A DNA stretch of 41,991 nucleotides, taken from the NCBI GenBank assembly GCA_035433445.1, contig DAORUY010000001.1, forward strand, positions 1 through 41,991, given 5' to 3'. Below are positions 22,000 through 31,637 of this stretch, piece by piece. A program made the position numbers and the translations under genes. The notes under the pieces were generated by a model. It worked only from the letters and a program-made list of their open reading frames with translations, was not told the origin of the DNA and did not search any database. The DNA is from Paracoccaceae bacterium. Its GTDB lineage: Bacteria; Pseudomonadota; Alphaproteobacteria; Rhodobacterales; Rhodobacteraceae. Position 1 is the stretch's first letter; the number at the start of each line of letters is the position of its first letter.

Positions 22000-22473
22000 A
22001 TGGAGAGCCAGATGGCGGGCAAACCGTCCCTGTTGGTGCTGCCGACATTGGCGTGGCTGATGCTGTGCGACCCGGCCCTATCCTGTACGCACCATGTTGA
22101 CCTTGAGGTGCAGCAAATCGGCGCGGCCGAAGTGGTTCTGGCTGGCTCAGTCATCCGCTACGAGACATACCCGGAGCAATCCTACGCGACGATCTCGCTG
22201 CTTCCGGACGAAGTTCTGAAGGGTCAGGCTGCCGGTGAGATCACATTCGTCATGATGAGTCCCGGCTGGGCGCCACCAGATCAGGAATGGATGTACGGCA
22301 AGAGCGTCGTGATTGGCGCCATGAAACGTTCGCAGGCCGAAGGACAGTTTCAACCCAACCCTCGGCCCGACTACATGAAGGTCGCCTGGCCAATGTGTGG
22401 CGATGCATTCATCGCCGACGCGACGGCAGAAAATCTCGACATCGTGCGCAAAGCAATTGCGGCCGCCCCCTAG
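22000..22473 (+). CDS. Hypothetical secreted protein (signal peptide; possible TIMP/NTR-like fold)
   Basis: 157 aa ORF filling the mutS-grpE gap, with a hydrophobic N-terminus ending PALS|C followed by a globular beta-rich region. Start at 22000 or 22012. Confidence 0.7.
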   Translation: MESQMAGKPSLLVLPTLAWLMLCDPALSCTHHVDLEVQQIGAAEVVLAGSVIRYETYPEQSYATISLLPDEVLKGQAAGEITFVMMSPGWAPPDQEWMYGKSVVIGAMKRSQAEGQFQPNPRPDYMKVAWPMCGDAFIADATAENLDIVRKAIAAAP

Positions 22474-22489
22474 TCGCGGCCGCAAGCAC

Positions 22490-23038
22490 TCAGCTTTTCG
22501 GCGTCGAACTAACGCCTACCTGCGCCGGACGCAGCAGTCGGTCATGCAGCAGGAACCCTTCGGTCATCACCTGAATGATGTCACCGGCTTTTGTCCCCGG
22601 AAGCGGCGCTTCGAACATGGCCTGATGCAGCTGCGGGTCGAACGCATCGCCCACCTGCGGCGCGACCGGCTTCACACCATGGCGCGTCAGAACGGTCACA
22701 AGCTCGCGCATCGTCAGCTCGACCCCTTCGATCAGCGCCTGCGCCGCGGCGCGCTGTTCGTCGCCCGCCGCATCAAGCGCGCGCTTGAGATTGTCGTAGA
22801 TCGGCAAAAGATCGCGCGCGAGCTTCGTGCCACCATATTGTTCGGCCTCGCGCCGGTCACGCTCGCCGCGCTTGCGGATATTCTCGGCATCCGCCAGCGA
22901 CCGCATGAAGCGGTCCTTCAGCTCGTCACGCTCTGCCTTCAGCGCCTCGATCTCAGCCAGAAGGGGGTCGTCTTCCGCAAACTCTTCGCCCATCAGGGCC
23001 TGGTCTTCCGCCAATTCGTCTTTCTTCATCTCACTCAT
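22490..23038 (-). CDS. grpE: Nucleotide exchange factor GrpE
   Basis: RSLADAENIRKR, LLPIYDNL, FDPQLHQAM, GFLLHDRLLRPAQVGV. Confidence 0.97.
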   Translation of the reverse strand: MSEMKKDELAEDQALMGEEFAEDDPLLAEIEALKAERDELKDRFMRSLADAENIRKRGERDRREAEQYGGTKLARDLLPIYDNLKRALDAAGDEQRAAAQALIEGVELTMRELVTVLTRHGVKPVAPQVGDAFDPQLHQAMFEAPLPGTKAGDIIQVMTEGFLLHDRLLRPAQVGVSSTPKS

Positions 23039-23043
23039 CAGTT

Positions 23044-24111
23044 CTATCCCTTGCGCTCGCCCGACAGAAGCTTGCCGACAAGCTGCGCCGTATAGTCGAC
23101 GATCGGAACGATACGGCCGTAATTGAGCCTTGTCGGTCCAATGACGCCGACCGCGCCGATAATCTTTCGATCCGCGTTCATATAGGGAGAGACCACCAGA
23201 GAGGAACCCGAAAGTGAGAAAAGTTTGTTCTCTGACCCTATGAAAATGCGCACACCCTCGCCCGTTTCGGTCAATTCAAGGAATTCGGCTATATCGCGCT
23301 TGCGCTCCAGATCATCAAAAAGGCTGCGAATCCGCGCCAGATCGACCTCCGCCGTCTGATCGAGCAGGTTCGACTGGCCGCGCACGATCAGCCGTTCCTG
23401 AGATTCGCCAGGGTTTTCCCACAGCACCAGACCGCTTTCGACCAGTTCGCGCGCCAGCGTGTTCAGTTCACGCCGCCGATCGGCGATGTCGCGACGCATA
23501 TGGGTGCGCAGTTCCGTGACCGTGCGCCCCTCTGCCATCGCATTGAGGAAATTCGCCGCCTCCCGCAGGGAGGAAGGCGTTTGCCCCGGCGGCGGCGTGA
23601 AAAGCCGGTTTTCCACCTGACCATCCGCAAAGACCAGAACCACCAGCGCCCGATCAGGAGCGAGCGAGACAAACTCTATATGGCGGATCGGCGCTTCGTG
23701 TTTCGGGGTAAGGACCAGGCTTGCGCCATGGGTGATCCCCGAAAGCGCCATCCCGACACGATCCAGAAGCGAACTTACATCCGGCTCGGGCCTGGAGATC
23801 GTTGCCTCCATCACCTGCCGGTCCTCGGCCGCGACGGTCGAGATTTCCATCAACCCATCCACGAACATACGCAAGCCAAGCTGGGTGGGAATGCGCCCGG
23901 CCGATATGTGCGGGCTGTCGAGCAGGCCCAGATACTCAAGATCCTGCATCACATTGCGGATCGTTGCGGCAGACAGCTTCTCGCTCATCGTGCGGGTCAG
24001 GGACCGCGAGCCGATAGGATCGCCACTGTCCAGATAGGATTCGACGACCCGGCGGAACACTTCGCGCGAGCGGTCATTCATCTGGGAGAGAATTTTCGGG
24101 CCGTCGTTCAT
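23044..24111 (-). CDS. hrcA: Heat-inducible transcription repressor HrcA
   Basis: PIGSRSL, SAATIRNVMQDLE, PHISAGRIPT, GVIGPTRLNY. Start at ATG 24111 with a GGAGG SD. Confidence 0.96.
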   Translation of the reverse strand: MNDGPKILSQMNDRSREVFRRVVESYLDSGDPIGSRSLTRTMSEKLSAATIRNVMQDLEYLGLLDSPHISAGRIPTQLGLRMFVDGLMEISTVAAEDRQVMEATISRPEPDVSSLLDRVGMALSGITHGASLVLTPKHEAPIRHIEFVSLAPDRALVVLVFADGQVENRLFTPPPGQTPSSLREAANFLNAMAEGRTVTELRTHMRRDIADRRRELNTLARELVESGLVLWENPGESQERLIVRGQSNLLDQTAEVDLARIRSLFDDLERKRDIAEFLELTETGEGVRIFIGSENKLFSLSGSSLVVSPYMNADRKIIGAVGVIGPTRLNYGRIVPIVDYTAQLVGKLLSGERKG

Positions 24112-24219
24112 CGTGCCTCCTGCCCCCAGATAAGGAGTGTGAAAGCCGCGCGTCAATCGGGGTTGCATCAGGGGACCTGCGGGCCTTAATGGGCTCAACC
24201 ACTGAACAAGGACCAGAAC

Positions 24220-24933
24220 ATGCGCCCTTCCGGCCGGAAACTTGATGAAATGCGCCCAACCTCGATTGAAACCGGGGTGACGAAACATGCCGAAGGATCT
24301 TGCCTGATCCGTTGCGGCGATACGCAGGTGATCTGCACCGCCAGCATCGAAGACAAGGCGCCCTCGTTCCTTAAGGGCACGGGGCTGGGCTGGGTAACGG
24401 CGGAATACGGGATGCTTCCCCGAGCCACCAACACCCGCAACCGGCGCGAGGCAGCGGCCGGCAAACAATCGGGCCGCACGCAGGAAATCCAGCGGCTGAT
24501 CGGGCGTGCGCTCAGGGCCGGCGTTGACCGCGTGGCGCTGGGCGAACGCCAGATCGTCGTCGATTGCGATGTGATTCAGGCCGATGGCGGCACCCGCTGC
24601 GCCTCCATCACCGGGGGATGGGTTGCGCTGCGGCTAGCCGTCAACAAGCTCTTGAAATCCGGCGCGATTGTCAGCGACCCGATCATGGATCATGTCGCGG
24701 CCGTCAGCTGCGGCATCTATGCGGGTCAGCCGGTCGTCGATCTGGATTATGCCGAAGACAGCGAAGCCGGGACTGATGGCAACTTCATCCTGACCGGGCG
24801 CGGACGACTGATCGAGGTTCAGATGTCAGCAGAGGGCGCGACCTTCAGCCGGGAAGAGATGGGCAAACTGCTCGACCTTTCGGAAACTGGCATCGCGGCA
24901 CTGGTCGCGGCACAAAAGGCTGCACTCGGATGA
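24220..24933 (+). CDS. rph: Ribonuclease PH
   Basis: [50 protein letters not shown]. Confidence 0.97.
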   Translation: MRPSGRKLDEMRPTSIETGVTKHAEGSCLIRCGDTQVICTASIEDKAPSFLKGTGLGWVTAEYGMLPRATNTRNRREAAAGKQSGRTQEIQRLIGRALRAGVDRVALGERQIVVDCDVIQADGGTRCASITGGWVALRLAVNKLLKSGAIVSDPIMDHVAAVSCGIYAGQPVVDLDYAEDSEAGTDGNFILTGRGRLIEVQMSAEGATFSREEMGKLLDLSETGIAALVAAQKAALG

Positions 24934-25538
24934 GGAGGTTCACGGGCGACAAACTGCTGGTGGCGACCCACAACAAAGGGAAGCTCGAGGAGATTGCCGC
25001 CCTTCTACTGCCTTTCGGTATCCGTTGCGTCAGCGCGGGTGAACTGGGCCTGCCCGAACCGGAGGAGACCGAGACGACCTTCGTCGGCAATGCCCGGATC
25101 AAGGCCCATGCGGCGGCGAAGGCCACCGGGCTGCCCGCGCTTGCCGATGATTCCGGGATCGAGGTCGACGGGCTGAACGGCGCACCCGGCGTCTATACCG
25201 CCGACTGGGCCGCCACACCCAACGGGCGCGACTTCATGCTGGCGATGACCCGCACCTGGGAGGCGCTGGAAAAAGCGGCCGCGCCCTATCCGCGTCTTGC
25301 ACAGTTTCGTGCAACCATGGTTCTGGCTTGGCCCGACGGACATGACGAAGTCTTTGAAGGCAAGGTCGAAGGGCAGGTTGTTTGGCCAACCCGGGGCGCG
25401 CACGGTCACGGATATGACCCGATGTTTCAGCCAAAGGGCCACGATCTGACCTTTGCGGAAATGGGTCCGGCGCTGAAAAATCAAATCTCGCATCGGGCAG
25501 ATGCGTTCCGAAAACTCTCAGCCGCTTTTGGAGGATAG
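24930..25538 (+). CDS. rdgB: Non-canonical purine NTP pyrophosphatase (RdgB/HAM1)
   Basis: [30 protein letters not shown]; ATGA overlap with rph. Confidence 0.95.
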   Translation: MRRFTGDKLLVATHNKGKLEEIAALLLPFGIRCVSAGELGLPEPEETETTFVGNARIKAHAAAKATGLPALADDSGIEVDGLNGAPGVYTADWAATPNGRDFMLAMTRTWEALEKAAAPYPRLAQFRATMVLAWPDGHDEVFEGKVEGQVVWPTRGAHGHGYDPMFQPKGHDLTFAEMGPALKNQISHRADAFRKLSAAFGG

Positions 25539-25539
25539 G

Positions 25540-25914
25540 ATGAAACTGATCTCGACCGGATCGCCGTTTGAACGGACGATGGGCTACAGCCGCGCGGTGG
25601 TGAAGGGGCCATGGTGTTTTGTCTCGGGCGTGACCGGTTATGACTATGGCACGATGAAGATGCCATCCGACGTCGCTGCACAGGTGCGCAACTGTTTCGA
25701 TACCATCAAATGGGCGCTCGAGCAGGGGGGCTTCACGATGCAAGATATCGTGCGGGTTCAGTACACGATCACTGACGTCGTCTTCGCCGATGCGATCACC
25801 CCGGTTCTGGGCGAGATGTTGGGCGAAATCCGCCCCGCCGCCACCATGGTTGTCGCGGGCCTGATCAAGCCGGAAATGAAGGTGGAAATCGAAGTCACCG
25901 CACTGAAGGAATAG
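25540..25914 (+). CDS. Rid (YjgF/YER057c/UK114) family protein
   Basis: MKLISTGSPFE..GYSRAV...VSG.TG, IRPAATMVVAGLI.PEMKVEIEVTA; GGAGG upstream of ATG 25540. Confidence 0.88.
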   Translation: MKLISTGSPFERTMGYSRAVVKGPWCFVSGVTGYDYGTMKMPSDVAAQVRNCFDTIKWALEQGGFTMQDIVRVQYTITDVVFADAITPVLGEMLGEIRPAATMVVAGLIKPEMKVEIEVTALKE

Positions 25915-25937
25915 ACACTATTTCGGCTGATTCCGCA

Positions 25938-27095
25938 ATTTTCGACGATTGGCGGCAGGGCGGTTTCGGCCTTTATATCCACTGGCCTTTCTGCACCTCA
26001 AAATGCCCCTATTGTGACTTCAACAGCCATGTGGCGAGCCATATAGACCAACGCCGCTGGCTGGCCGCCTATCTGAGCGAAATCGACCGCGTGGCGCGCC
26101 TGACGCCTGACCGCGTTCTGAATACGGTCTTCTTTGGCGGCGGCACGCCATCCCTGATGGAGCCGGAGGTCGTGGCGGCAATCATTGAGCGCATCCGAAC
26201 CTCTTGGCGGCCCGCCAATGATCTTGAGGTCACGCTGGAGGCCAACCCAGGATCGGTCGAAGCGGGCAGGTTTCGTGCCTATGCGGACGGCGGCGTGAAC
26301 CGCATTTCCATGGGTGTTCAGGCACTGAACGATCGCGATTTGCGGCGGCTTGGCCGGATGCACAGCCTGGCTGAGGCGCGGCGTGCGTTCGATATCGCGC
26401 GTGCTACCTTTGACCGGGTGAGTTTTGACCTGATCTATGCCAGGCAGGATCAAACCATCGCCGATTGGCGCGCAGAACTGTCTGAGGCGTTGGCAATGGC
26501 GGTTGATCACTTTTCGCTCTATCAGCTGACGATCGAGGATGGGACCGTCTTTGGCGCGCGCGCGGCGGCAGGGCATCTGAAGGGCCTGCCCGCGGACGAG
26601 GCCGCCAGCGATATGTATCTGGCAACGCAGGATATTTGTGACCAGTTTGGCCTTCCGGCCTATGAAGTTTCGAATCATGCCCGCCCCGGGGCCGAAAGCC
26701 GCCACAACCTGATCTACTGGCGGTATGGCGACTATGCCGGGGTCGGGCCGGGCGCGCATGGGCGGCTTACGCTGAACGGTGCCCGCCGGGCGACCGAGGC
26801 TCCGCGCGCACCTGCGACCTGGCTAGACCAGGTGGAGGAGAGCAGATCGGGCGACGGGACGGTTGAAGCGCTGACTCCCGCAGATCAAGCCACGGAATTG
26901 TTGCTGATGGGCCTGCGCCTGCGCGAAGGCATAGATGCCGTCCGGTTCGCTGGCCTTGCGGGGAGACCACTGTCGGACACCGCGCTGCGCCATCTTGAAG
27001 ACATAGGGATGATAACCACGGCAAACGGCCGGGTGGCGGCAACCCGCGACGGGCGGCCCGTTCTCAACGCGATCCTGAGGGAGCTTCTCGCATGA
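25938..27095 (+). CDS. hemW: Radical SAM heme chaperone HemW (HemN-like); start codon uncertain and non-canonical
   Basis: The ORF-track frame (26031) extends upstream through DDWRQGGFGLYIHWPFCTSKCPYCDFNSH (HemW signature and CxxxCxxC); also FGGGTPS, EANP, YEVSN, HNLIYW. No ATG/GTG/TTG in frame before 26031; start provisionally placed at ATT 25938. Confidence 0.88.
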   Translation: MFDDWRQGGFGLYIHWPFCTSKCPYCDFNSHVASHIDQRRWLAAYLSEIDRVARLTPDRVLNTVFFGGGTPSLMEPEVVAAIIERIRTSWRPANDLEVTLEANPGSVEAGRFRAYADGGVNRISMGVQALNDRDLRRLGRMHSLAEARRAFDIARATFDRVSFDLIYARQDQTIADWRAELSEALAMAVDHFSLYQLTIEDGTVFGARAAAGHLKGLPADEAASDMYLATQDICDQFGLPAYEVSNHARPGAESRHNLIYWRYGDYAGVGPGAHGRLTLNGARRATEAPRAPATWLDQVEESRSGDGTVEALTPADQATELLLMGLRLREGIDAVRFAGLAGRPLSDTALRHLEDIGMITTANGRVAATRDGRPVLNAILRELLA

Positions 27096-27448
27096 TCCGG
27101 TCTGTTTGGGCGGTTGCGGGCCTGATCTGCGTCGCCCTTGGTACCATAGGGCTGTTTCTACCCTTCCTGCCCACGGTCCCCTTCCTGCTCGCTGCAGGCT
27201 TCTTCTTTGGCAAAAGCTCCGCCCGGTTGCACCGATGGCTCTTGGCGCATCCGGTGCTGGGACCACCCATTCACAATTGGAACGAACACGGCGCCATATC
27301 GCGCCGCGCAAAACTGCTCGCCACCCTGTCTTGCGCCGCCGCCCCGGTGATGTCGGTCGCTGTAGGCTTTTCGACCAGAGTCATCCTGGTGCAATGCATC
27401 GCTCTGGCGTGCGTTTTGATCTTTATCTGGACTCGTCCCGACGACTGA
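27092..27448 (+). CDS. YbaN/DUF454 family inner-membrane protein
   Basis: LGTIGLFLPFLPTVPFLLAA..F.KSS.RLH.WL..HP..GP.I.NW...GAI.RRAK; ATGA overlap with hemW. Confidence 0.9.
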   Translation: MIRSVWAVAGLICVALGTIGLFLPFLPTVPFLLAAGFFFGKSSARLHRWLLAHPVLGPPIHNWNEHGAISRRAKLLATLSCAAAPVMSVAVGFSTRVILVQCIALACVLIFIWTRPDD

Positions 27449-27451
27449 AGA

Positions 27452-28333
27452 TCAGCGCACCTGCGACAGAAGCTGGCAAAGTTCGTCCAATTGCTCGAGC
27501 GACCCATAACTGATCGTCAGATGGCCACCATCAAGACCTTTGTGGTCGATAACCACCTTCATACGAAGGTTCGCGGACAGATCCTGTTCCAGAACGCGCG
27601 TATCTGCGTCCTTTTCTGACCGCCGCGGCGCCGATATCCGCGTCTTGGTCCCGGCCGGAGTCTGTGCCAGACGTTCGGTTTCGCGCACCGACAGGCCGCG
27701 CGCGATGACCTCGCGCGCCAGATCGATCGGATTTTCGGTGGTGATCAGCGCCCGCGCATGACCCGCCGTCAGCTTGCCTTCGCGCAACCAATCCAGCACC
27801 GTATCGGGAAGCGACAGTAGCCTGAGCAGATTTGCAATGTAGCTTCGGCTTTTGGAAAGCGCCTCCGCCACCTTTTCCTGCGTATGGCCAAAACGGTCCA
27901 TCAGCTGGCGATAACCCATCGCCTCCTCAACCGGATTGAGGTCGGCGCGCTGAATGTTTTCGATGATCGCAAGCTCAAGAAGCTCCGTATCCGATACTTC
28001 GCGGACAACGGCAGGCAGATGGTGAAGCTGCGCCAACTGGGCGGCACGCCAGCGCCGTTCGCCGGCAACAATCTCGTAACTGCCTGATTTTCTTGGATTA
28101 TCCCTGACGATCAGTGGCTGTATCACGCCCTTTTCGCGGATCGAGGCGGCAAGCTCCTCCAGCGCGTCGGGCGCAAAGCTCCTACGAGGCTGATCGGGAT
28201 TGGGTTCGATCATCTCAATCGGGATCAGCAGATCTGGCCGCCGGGGCCGGGTATCCTCGGCCGGCGCAACATCAGCCATAAGCGCTGAAAGGCCACGCCC
28301 GAGGCCCCGCCGTTCCGGTTTCTTCTCGCTCAT
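27452..28333 (-). CDS. parB: Chromosome partitioning protein ParB
   Basis: RGLGRGLSAL, NPDQPR, IVAGERRWRAA, IENIQRADLNPVEEA, HTH KSRSYIANLLRLL. Confidence 0.96.
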   Translation of the reverse strand: MSEKKPERRGLGRGLSALMADVAPAEDTRPRRPDLLIPIEMIEPNPDQPRRSFAPDALEELAASIREKGVIQPLIVRDNPRKSGSYEIVAGERRWRAAQLAQLHHLPAVVREVSDTELLELAIIENIQRADLNPVEEAMGYRQLMDRFGHTQEKVAEALSKSRSYIANLLRLLSLPDTVLDWLREGKLTAGHARALITTENPIDLAREVIARGLSVRETERLAQTPAGTKTRISAPRRSEKDADTRVLEQDLSANLRMKVVIDHKGLDGGHLTISYGSLEQLDELCQLLSQVR

Positions 28334-28347
28334 CCCTGCCCCCTTTG

Positions 28348-29157
28348 TCATTGTTTTTCATGCCGCGCCAAAAGTTCGCGCGCAAGCGCCCGATAGGCGG
28401 TGCTGCCCTTCGAGAGCGGATCATAGCTGAGCACCGGAACCGAGTAGGACGGCGCCTCCGACACGCGGACGTTACGCGGGATGACGGTCTGAAACACCAG
28501 CTGCCCCAGATTGTTGCGCGCGTCCGATTCCACCTGCTGCGACAGGTTGTTCCGGCCATCATACATGGTCAGAACCACGCCTTCGATGCGCAGCTCCTTG
28601 TTGGCGTTCTGGCGCACGGTGCGGATCGTCAGCATAAGCTGCGAAAGCCCCTCAAGTGCAAAAAACTCGGCCTGAAGCGGCACAAGAACGGACTGCGCGG
28701 CAATCATCGCGTTTACGGTCAGCAAGCTGAGCGACGGCGGGCAGTCGATCAGAACATAGTCCAGCGCGTAGGCCCCGAGAGCGGGTTCATTCAGCGCATC
28801 ATGCAGAAGAAAGCTGCGCTTTTCGTTCGACACCAACTCGATATCCGCCGAGGACAGATCGGTCGTGGCCGGACATAGAAACAGCCCTTCGAAAGCCGTC
28901 TGGCGGATAACCTGGGCAATCTCTGCATCTTCGAGTAGCAGATCGTAGGTGGTCAGCCCACGCGCACCCGGCTCGAACCCCAGACCGGTGGACGCGTTGC
29001 CCTGTGGGTCAAGGTCGACCAACAAGACGCGCTTGCCAGCCTCGACCAGCGCCGCGGCCAGATTGATCGCAGTTGTCGTCTTGCCGACCCCGCCTTTCTG
29101 GTTGGCAACAGCAATGATGCGGGGACCGGCGGAAAGGACTGGATCAAGCACGTTCAA
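28348..29157 (-). CDS. parA: Chromosome partitioning ATPase ParA
   Basis: ANQKGGVGKTTT, DLDPQGNAST, IDCPPSL, IPRNVRVSEAPS. Start at TTG 29157 or GTG 29151. Confidence 0.96.
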   Translation of the reverse strand: MNVLDPVLSAGPRIIAVANQKGGVGKTTTAINLAAALVEAGKRVLLVDLDPQGNASTGLGFEPGARGLTTYDLLLEDAEIAQVIRQTAFEGLFLCPATTDLSSADIELVSNEKRSFLLHDALNEPALGAYALDYVLIDCPPSLSLLTVNAMIAAQSVLVPLQAEFFALEGLSQLMLTIRTVRQNANKELRIEGVVLTMYDGRNNLSQQVESDARNNLGQLVFQTVIPRNVRVSEAPSYSVPVLSYDPLSKGSTAYRALARELLARHEKQ

Positions 29158-29764
29158 TATCCCTTATCGATAGAATGACCGACGACGGATCAGTCATGCT
29201 TGGGGTGGCTTCATGTGAAAACCGCCATGTTTCAAAGGCTTGGTCAATTTCTTCGCGGTAAGTCGCGCCCTTGGGGAACAAGGCCTGTCCGTCACGCCGC
29301 AAGTGAAGATCGGCATAGGCGAGCAGCTTCGTAAGTGGCGCCAGCGCGCGGGCAGACATAACATCGGCACCCAGGGCGGGCGTGGCTTCGATACGCTGCG
29401 GCAAGATCCGGGCTTTGACGCCAACCTCCCTTGCAACGGTTGAAAGGAACGCCGCCTTGCGCTGATCGCTTTCGACCAGCGTTACAGACAGGTCAGGCTT
29501 GGCTTCCACAGCCAGAATCGCGACGACAAGCCCGGGAAACCCGCCCCCCGCCCCGAGATCAGTCCAAGTTCCACTTTCGGCTGCGCACAGGCTGAAGATC
29601 TGCGCCGAATCCTCAAAATGCCTGTACCAAAGCTGGTCCAGCGAGGATCGGGAAACAAGATTGATGGCAGGATTCCATTTCCTGAGCAGGGCTTCGTACA
29701 CCTCAAGCCGATCCATTGTTTCACGTGAAACAGTCCGGCCCGCCAAAACATTTGCCCTTGTCAT
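29144..29764 (-). CDS. rsmG: 16S rRNA m7G527 methyltransferase RsmG (GidB)
   Basis: [46 protein letters not shown]. Confidence 0.95.
   Translation of the reverse strand: MTRANVLAGRTVSRETMDRLEVYEALLRKWNPAINLVSRSSLDQLWYRHFEDSAQIFSLCAAESGTWTDLGAGGGFPGLVVAILAVEAKPDLSVTLVESDQRKAAFLSTVAREVGVKARILPQRIEATPALGADVMSARALAPLTKLLAYADLHLRRDGQALFPKGATYREEIDQAFETWRFSHEATPSMTDPSSVILSIRDIERA
29717..29732. promoter_or_regulatory. parS centromere site (inside rsmG)
   Basis: Perfect 16-bp palindrome TGTTTCACGTGAAACA, near parAB. Confidence 0.9.
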
Positions 29765-31635
29765 CCGACGTTCCGCTGCCGCGCATTTCGTCGGATGATT
29801 GCCAGTATAAGGGTAAGTGCCGCAGGCGTGATCCCTTCTATCCGGCCCGCCTGTGCGAGAGTTGCCGGCCGAATGCGGAGGAGCTTGGTCTTCAGCTCCG
29901 AGGACAGCCCGTCCATCGACGCATAGTCAAATCCTTCAGGAATTGCCACGGCCTCATCTCGACGGAGGTGTTCGGCATCCTGCTTCTGGCGGTCGATAAA
30001 GCTGGCATAAAGCGCGTCGCGGGCCAGTTGTTCGCGGATCTCCGGTTCAATCTCAACCAATCCCGGAGCGCCCTTCACTATGACATCAAAGTTCACATCC
30101 GGCATCGAGAGCAGCCTGTAGGCACTGCGCCGCTGGCCGTCCTGATTGACGGAAATCCCTATCGCCGCTGCCTCCTTGGGTGTAAAGCATTGGGATTCAA
30201 GCATGTTACGCCCTCTTTCCAGCGCCTCCCGCTTGCGTGAATAGGCCAGCCGTCGCTCTTCCCCAACGCAACCCAAGGCCACCCCGCGGTCCGTCAGCCG
30301 CTGGTCGGCATTGTCCGCACGCAAGGACAGACGATATTCTGCCCGCGACGTGAACATCCGGTAAGGTTCAGAAACACCCAGCGTGGTCAGGTCGTCTATC
30401 ATCACCCCAATGTAACTTTCTGCCCGCCCGAAAAGGACCGACTCGCGCTGACGAGCAAATGCTGCGGCGTTCAGCCCCGCGACAAGGCCCTGCGCGGCGG
30501 CCTCCTCATAGCCGGTCGTTCCATTGATCTGACCGGCCAAAAACAGACCCGGAACGTCCTTGAGCTCGAGCGACAGGCGCAAAGACCGTGGATCAACATA
30601 GTCATACTCGATCGCATAGCCTGGCTGGGTGATAACCACCCCCTCCAGCCCGGCGATCGACCGCACATAAGCCTCCTGAACATCGGCCGGCAGCGAGGTC
30701 GATATGCCATTGGGATAGACGGTCGGATCATCCAGCCCTTCCGGCTCAAGAAAGACCTGATGAGAGGACTTCTCCGCAAATCGAACGACCTTGTCTTCTA
30801 TCGACGGGCAATAGCGCGGGCCGACGCCTTCGATAAATCCGCCATACATCGCTGATCTTCCAAGGTTTTCCCGGATGATCTCGTGCGTTTTTTCGTTGGT
30901 GTGCGTGATGCCGCAAGAAATCTGCCGTGTGAACGGCGCCGTGTGAAGGAAAGAAAACAGCGCCGGAACATCATCACCGGGCTGCATTTCCAGCGCTGAC
31001 CAGTCAATCGTTCGGCCATCCAGTCGCGGCGGCGTGCCAGTCTTCAAACGACCCATCGGCAGTTGCAAACCGCGCAGCCTGTCCGCCAGCGGAACGGACG
31101 GCCTGTCCCCGACACGCCCCCCCTCACGCCGGATATCGCCGATATGGATCTGCCCACGCAGGAAGGTGCCGGTGCAAAGAACGACGGCTGCGCAGTGAAT
31201 CTCTGATCCATCCGCCAGCCGCAGGCCGCATACCCTGCCATCCGGCATGATCAGATCGGCGGCCTCGCCTTCGATGAGCGTCAGGTTTGGCCGCGACCGC
31301 AGTGCTTCCTGCATATGGTCACGAAACAGCCTGCGGTCCGCCTGCGCACGCGGCCCCTGTACCGCCGGACCCTTGCGGCGATTGAGCAGCCGGAACTGAA
31401 TCCCTGCCTTGTCCGCAACACGGCCCATGACGCCATCCAGCGCGTCAATTTCCCGGACAAGATGCCCTTTGCCCAAGCCGCCAATCGCCGGATTGCACGA
31501 CATCACACCGATCGTGTCGGCCCGCATCGTAACCAGCGCCGTCGCAACGCCCATACGAGCAGCGGCATGCGCGGCCTCCGCACCCGCATGGCCGCCACCG
31601 ACAATGACAACATCAAAATGTTTCACGTGAAACAT
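29761..31635 (-). CDS. mnmG: tRNA U34 carboxymethylaminomethyl modification enzyme MnmG (GidA)
   Basis: [67 protein letters not shown]. Confidence 0.97.
   Translation of the reverse strand: MFHVKHFDVVIVGGGHAGAEAAHAAARMGVATALVTMRADTIGVMSCNPAIGGLGKGHLVREIDALDGVMGRVADKAGIQFRLLNRRKGPAVQGPRAQADRRLFRDHMQEALRSRPNLTLIEGEAADLIMPDGRVCGLRLADGSEIHCAAVVLCTGTFLRGQIHIGDIRREGGRVGDRPSVPLADRLRGLQLPMGRLKTGTPPRLDGRTIDWSALEMQPGDDVPALFSFLHTAPFTRQISCGITHTNEKTHEIIRENLGRSAMYGGFIEGVGPRYCPSIEDKVVRFAEKSSHQVFLEPEGLDDPTVYPNGISTSLPADVQEAYVRSIAGLEGVVITQPGYAIEYDYVDPRSLRLSLELKDVPGLFLAGQINGTTGYEEAAAQGLVAGLNAAAFARQRESVLFGRAESYIGVMIDDLTTLGVSEPYRMFTSRAEYRLSLRADNADQRLTDRGVALGCVGEERRLAYSRKREALERGRNMLESQCFTPKEAAAIGISVNQDGQRRSAYRLLSMPDVNFDVIVKGAPGLVEIEPEIREQLARDALYASFIDRQKQDAEHLRRDEAVAIPEGFDYASMDGLSSELKTKLLRIRPATLAQAGRIEGITPAALTLILAIIRRNARQRNVG
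31619..31634. promoter_or_regulatory. parS centromere site (spanning the mnmG start)
   Basis: TGTTTCACGTGAAACA, extendable to an 18-bp palindrome (31618-31635) that encodes MFHVKH of MnmG. Confidence 0.9.
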
Positions 31636-31637
31636 CC

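Noticed and set aside
24112-24219. CIRCE operator upstream of hrcA
   Set aside because: No TTAGCACTC-N9-GAGTGCTAA match is present.
23044-24468. Long N-terminal extensions in the ORF track (hrcA 474 aa, xylA 513 aa, mreB 403 aa, alpha-E 363 aa)
   Set aside because: Extensions overlap neighbouring genes or promoter regions and lack family similarity; downstream ATGs give typical lengths.
29207-29222. Possible third parS (GGCTTCATGTGAAAAC) in the 3' part of rsmG
   Set aside because: Five mismatches to the 16-bp consensus; not supportable without ChIP data.
29716-30240. Plus-strand ORF starting MFHVKQ, like the MnmG N-terminus
   Set aside because: The similarity is an artefact of the parS palindrome; the ORF is antisense to rsmG/mnmG.
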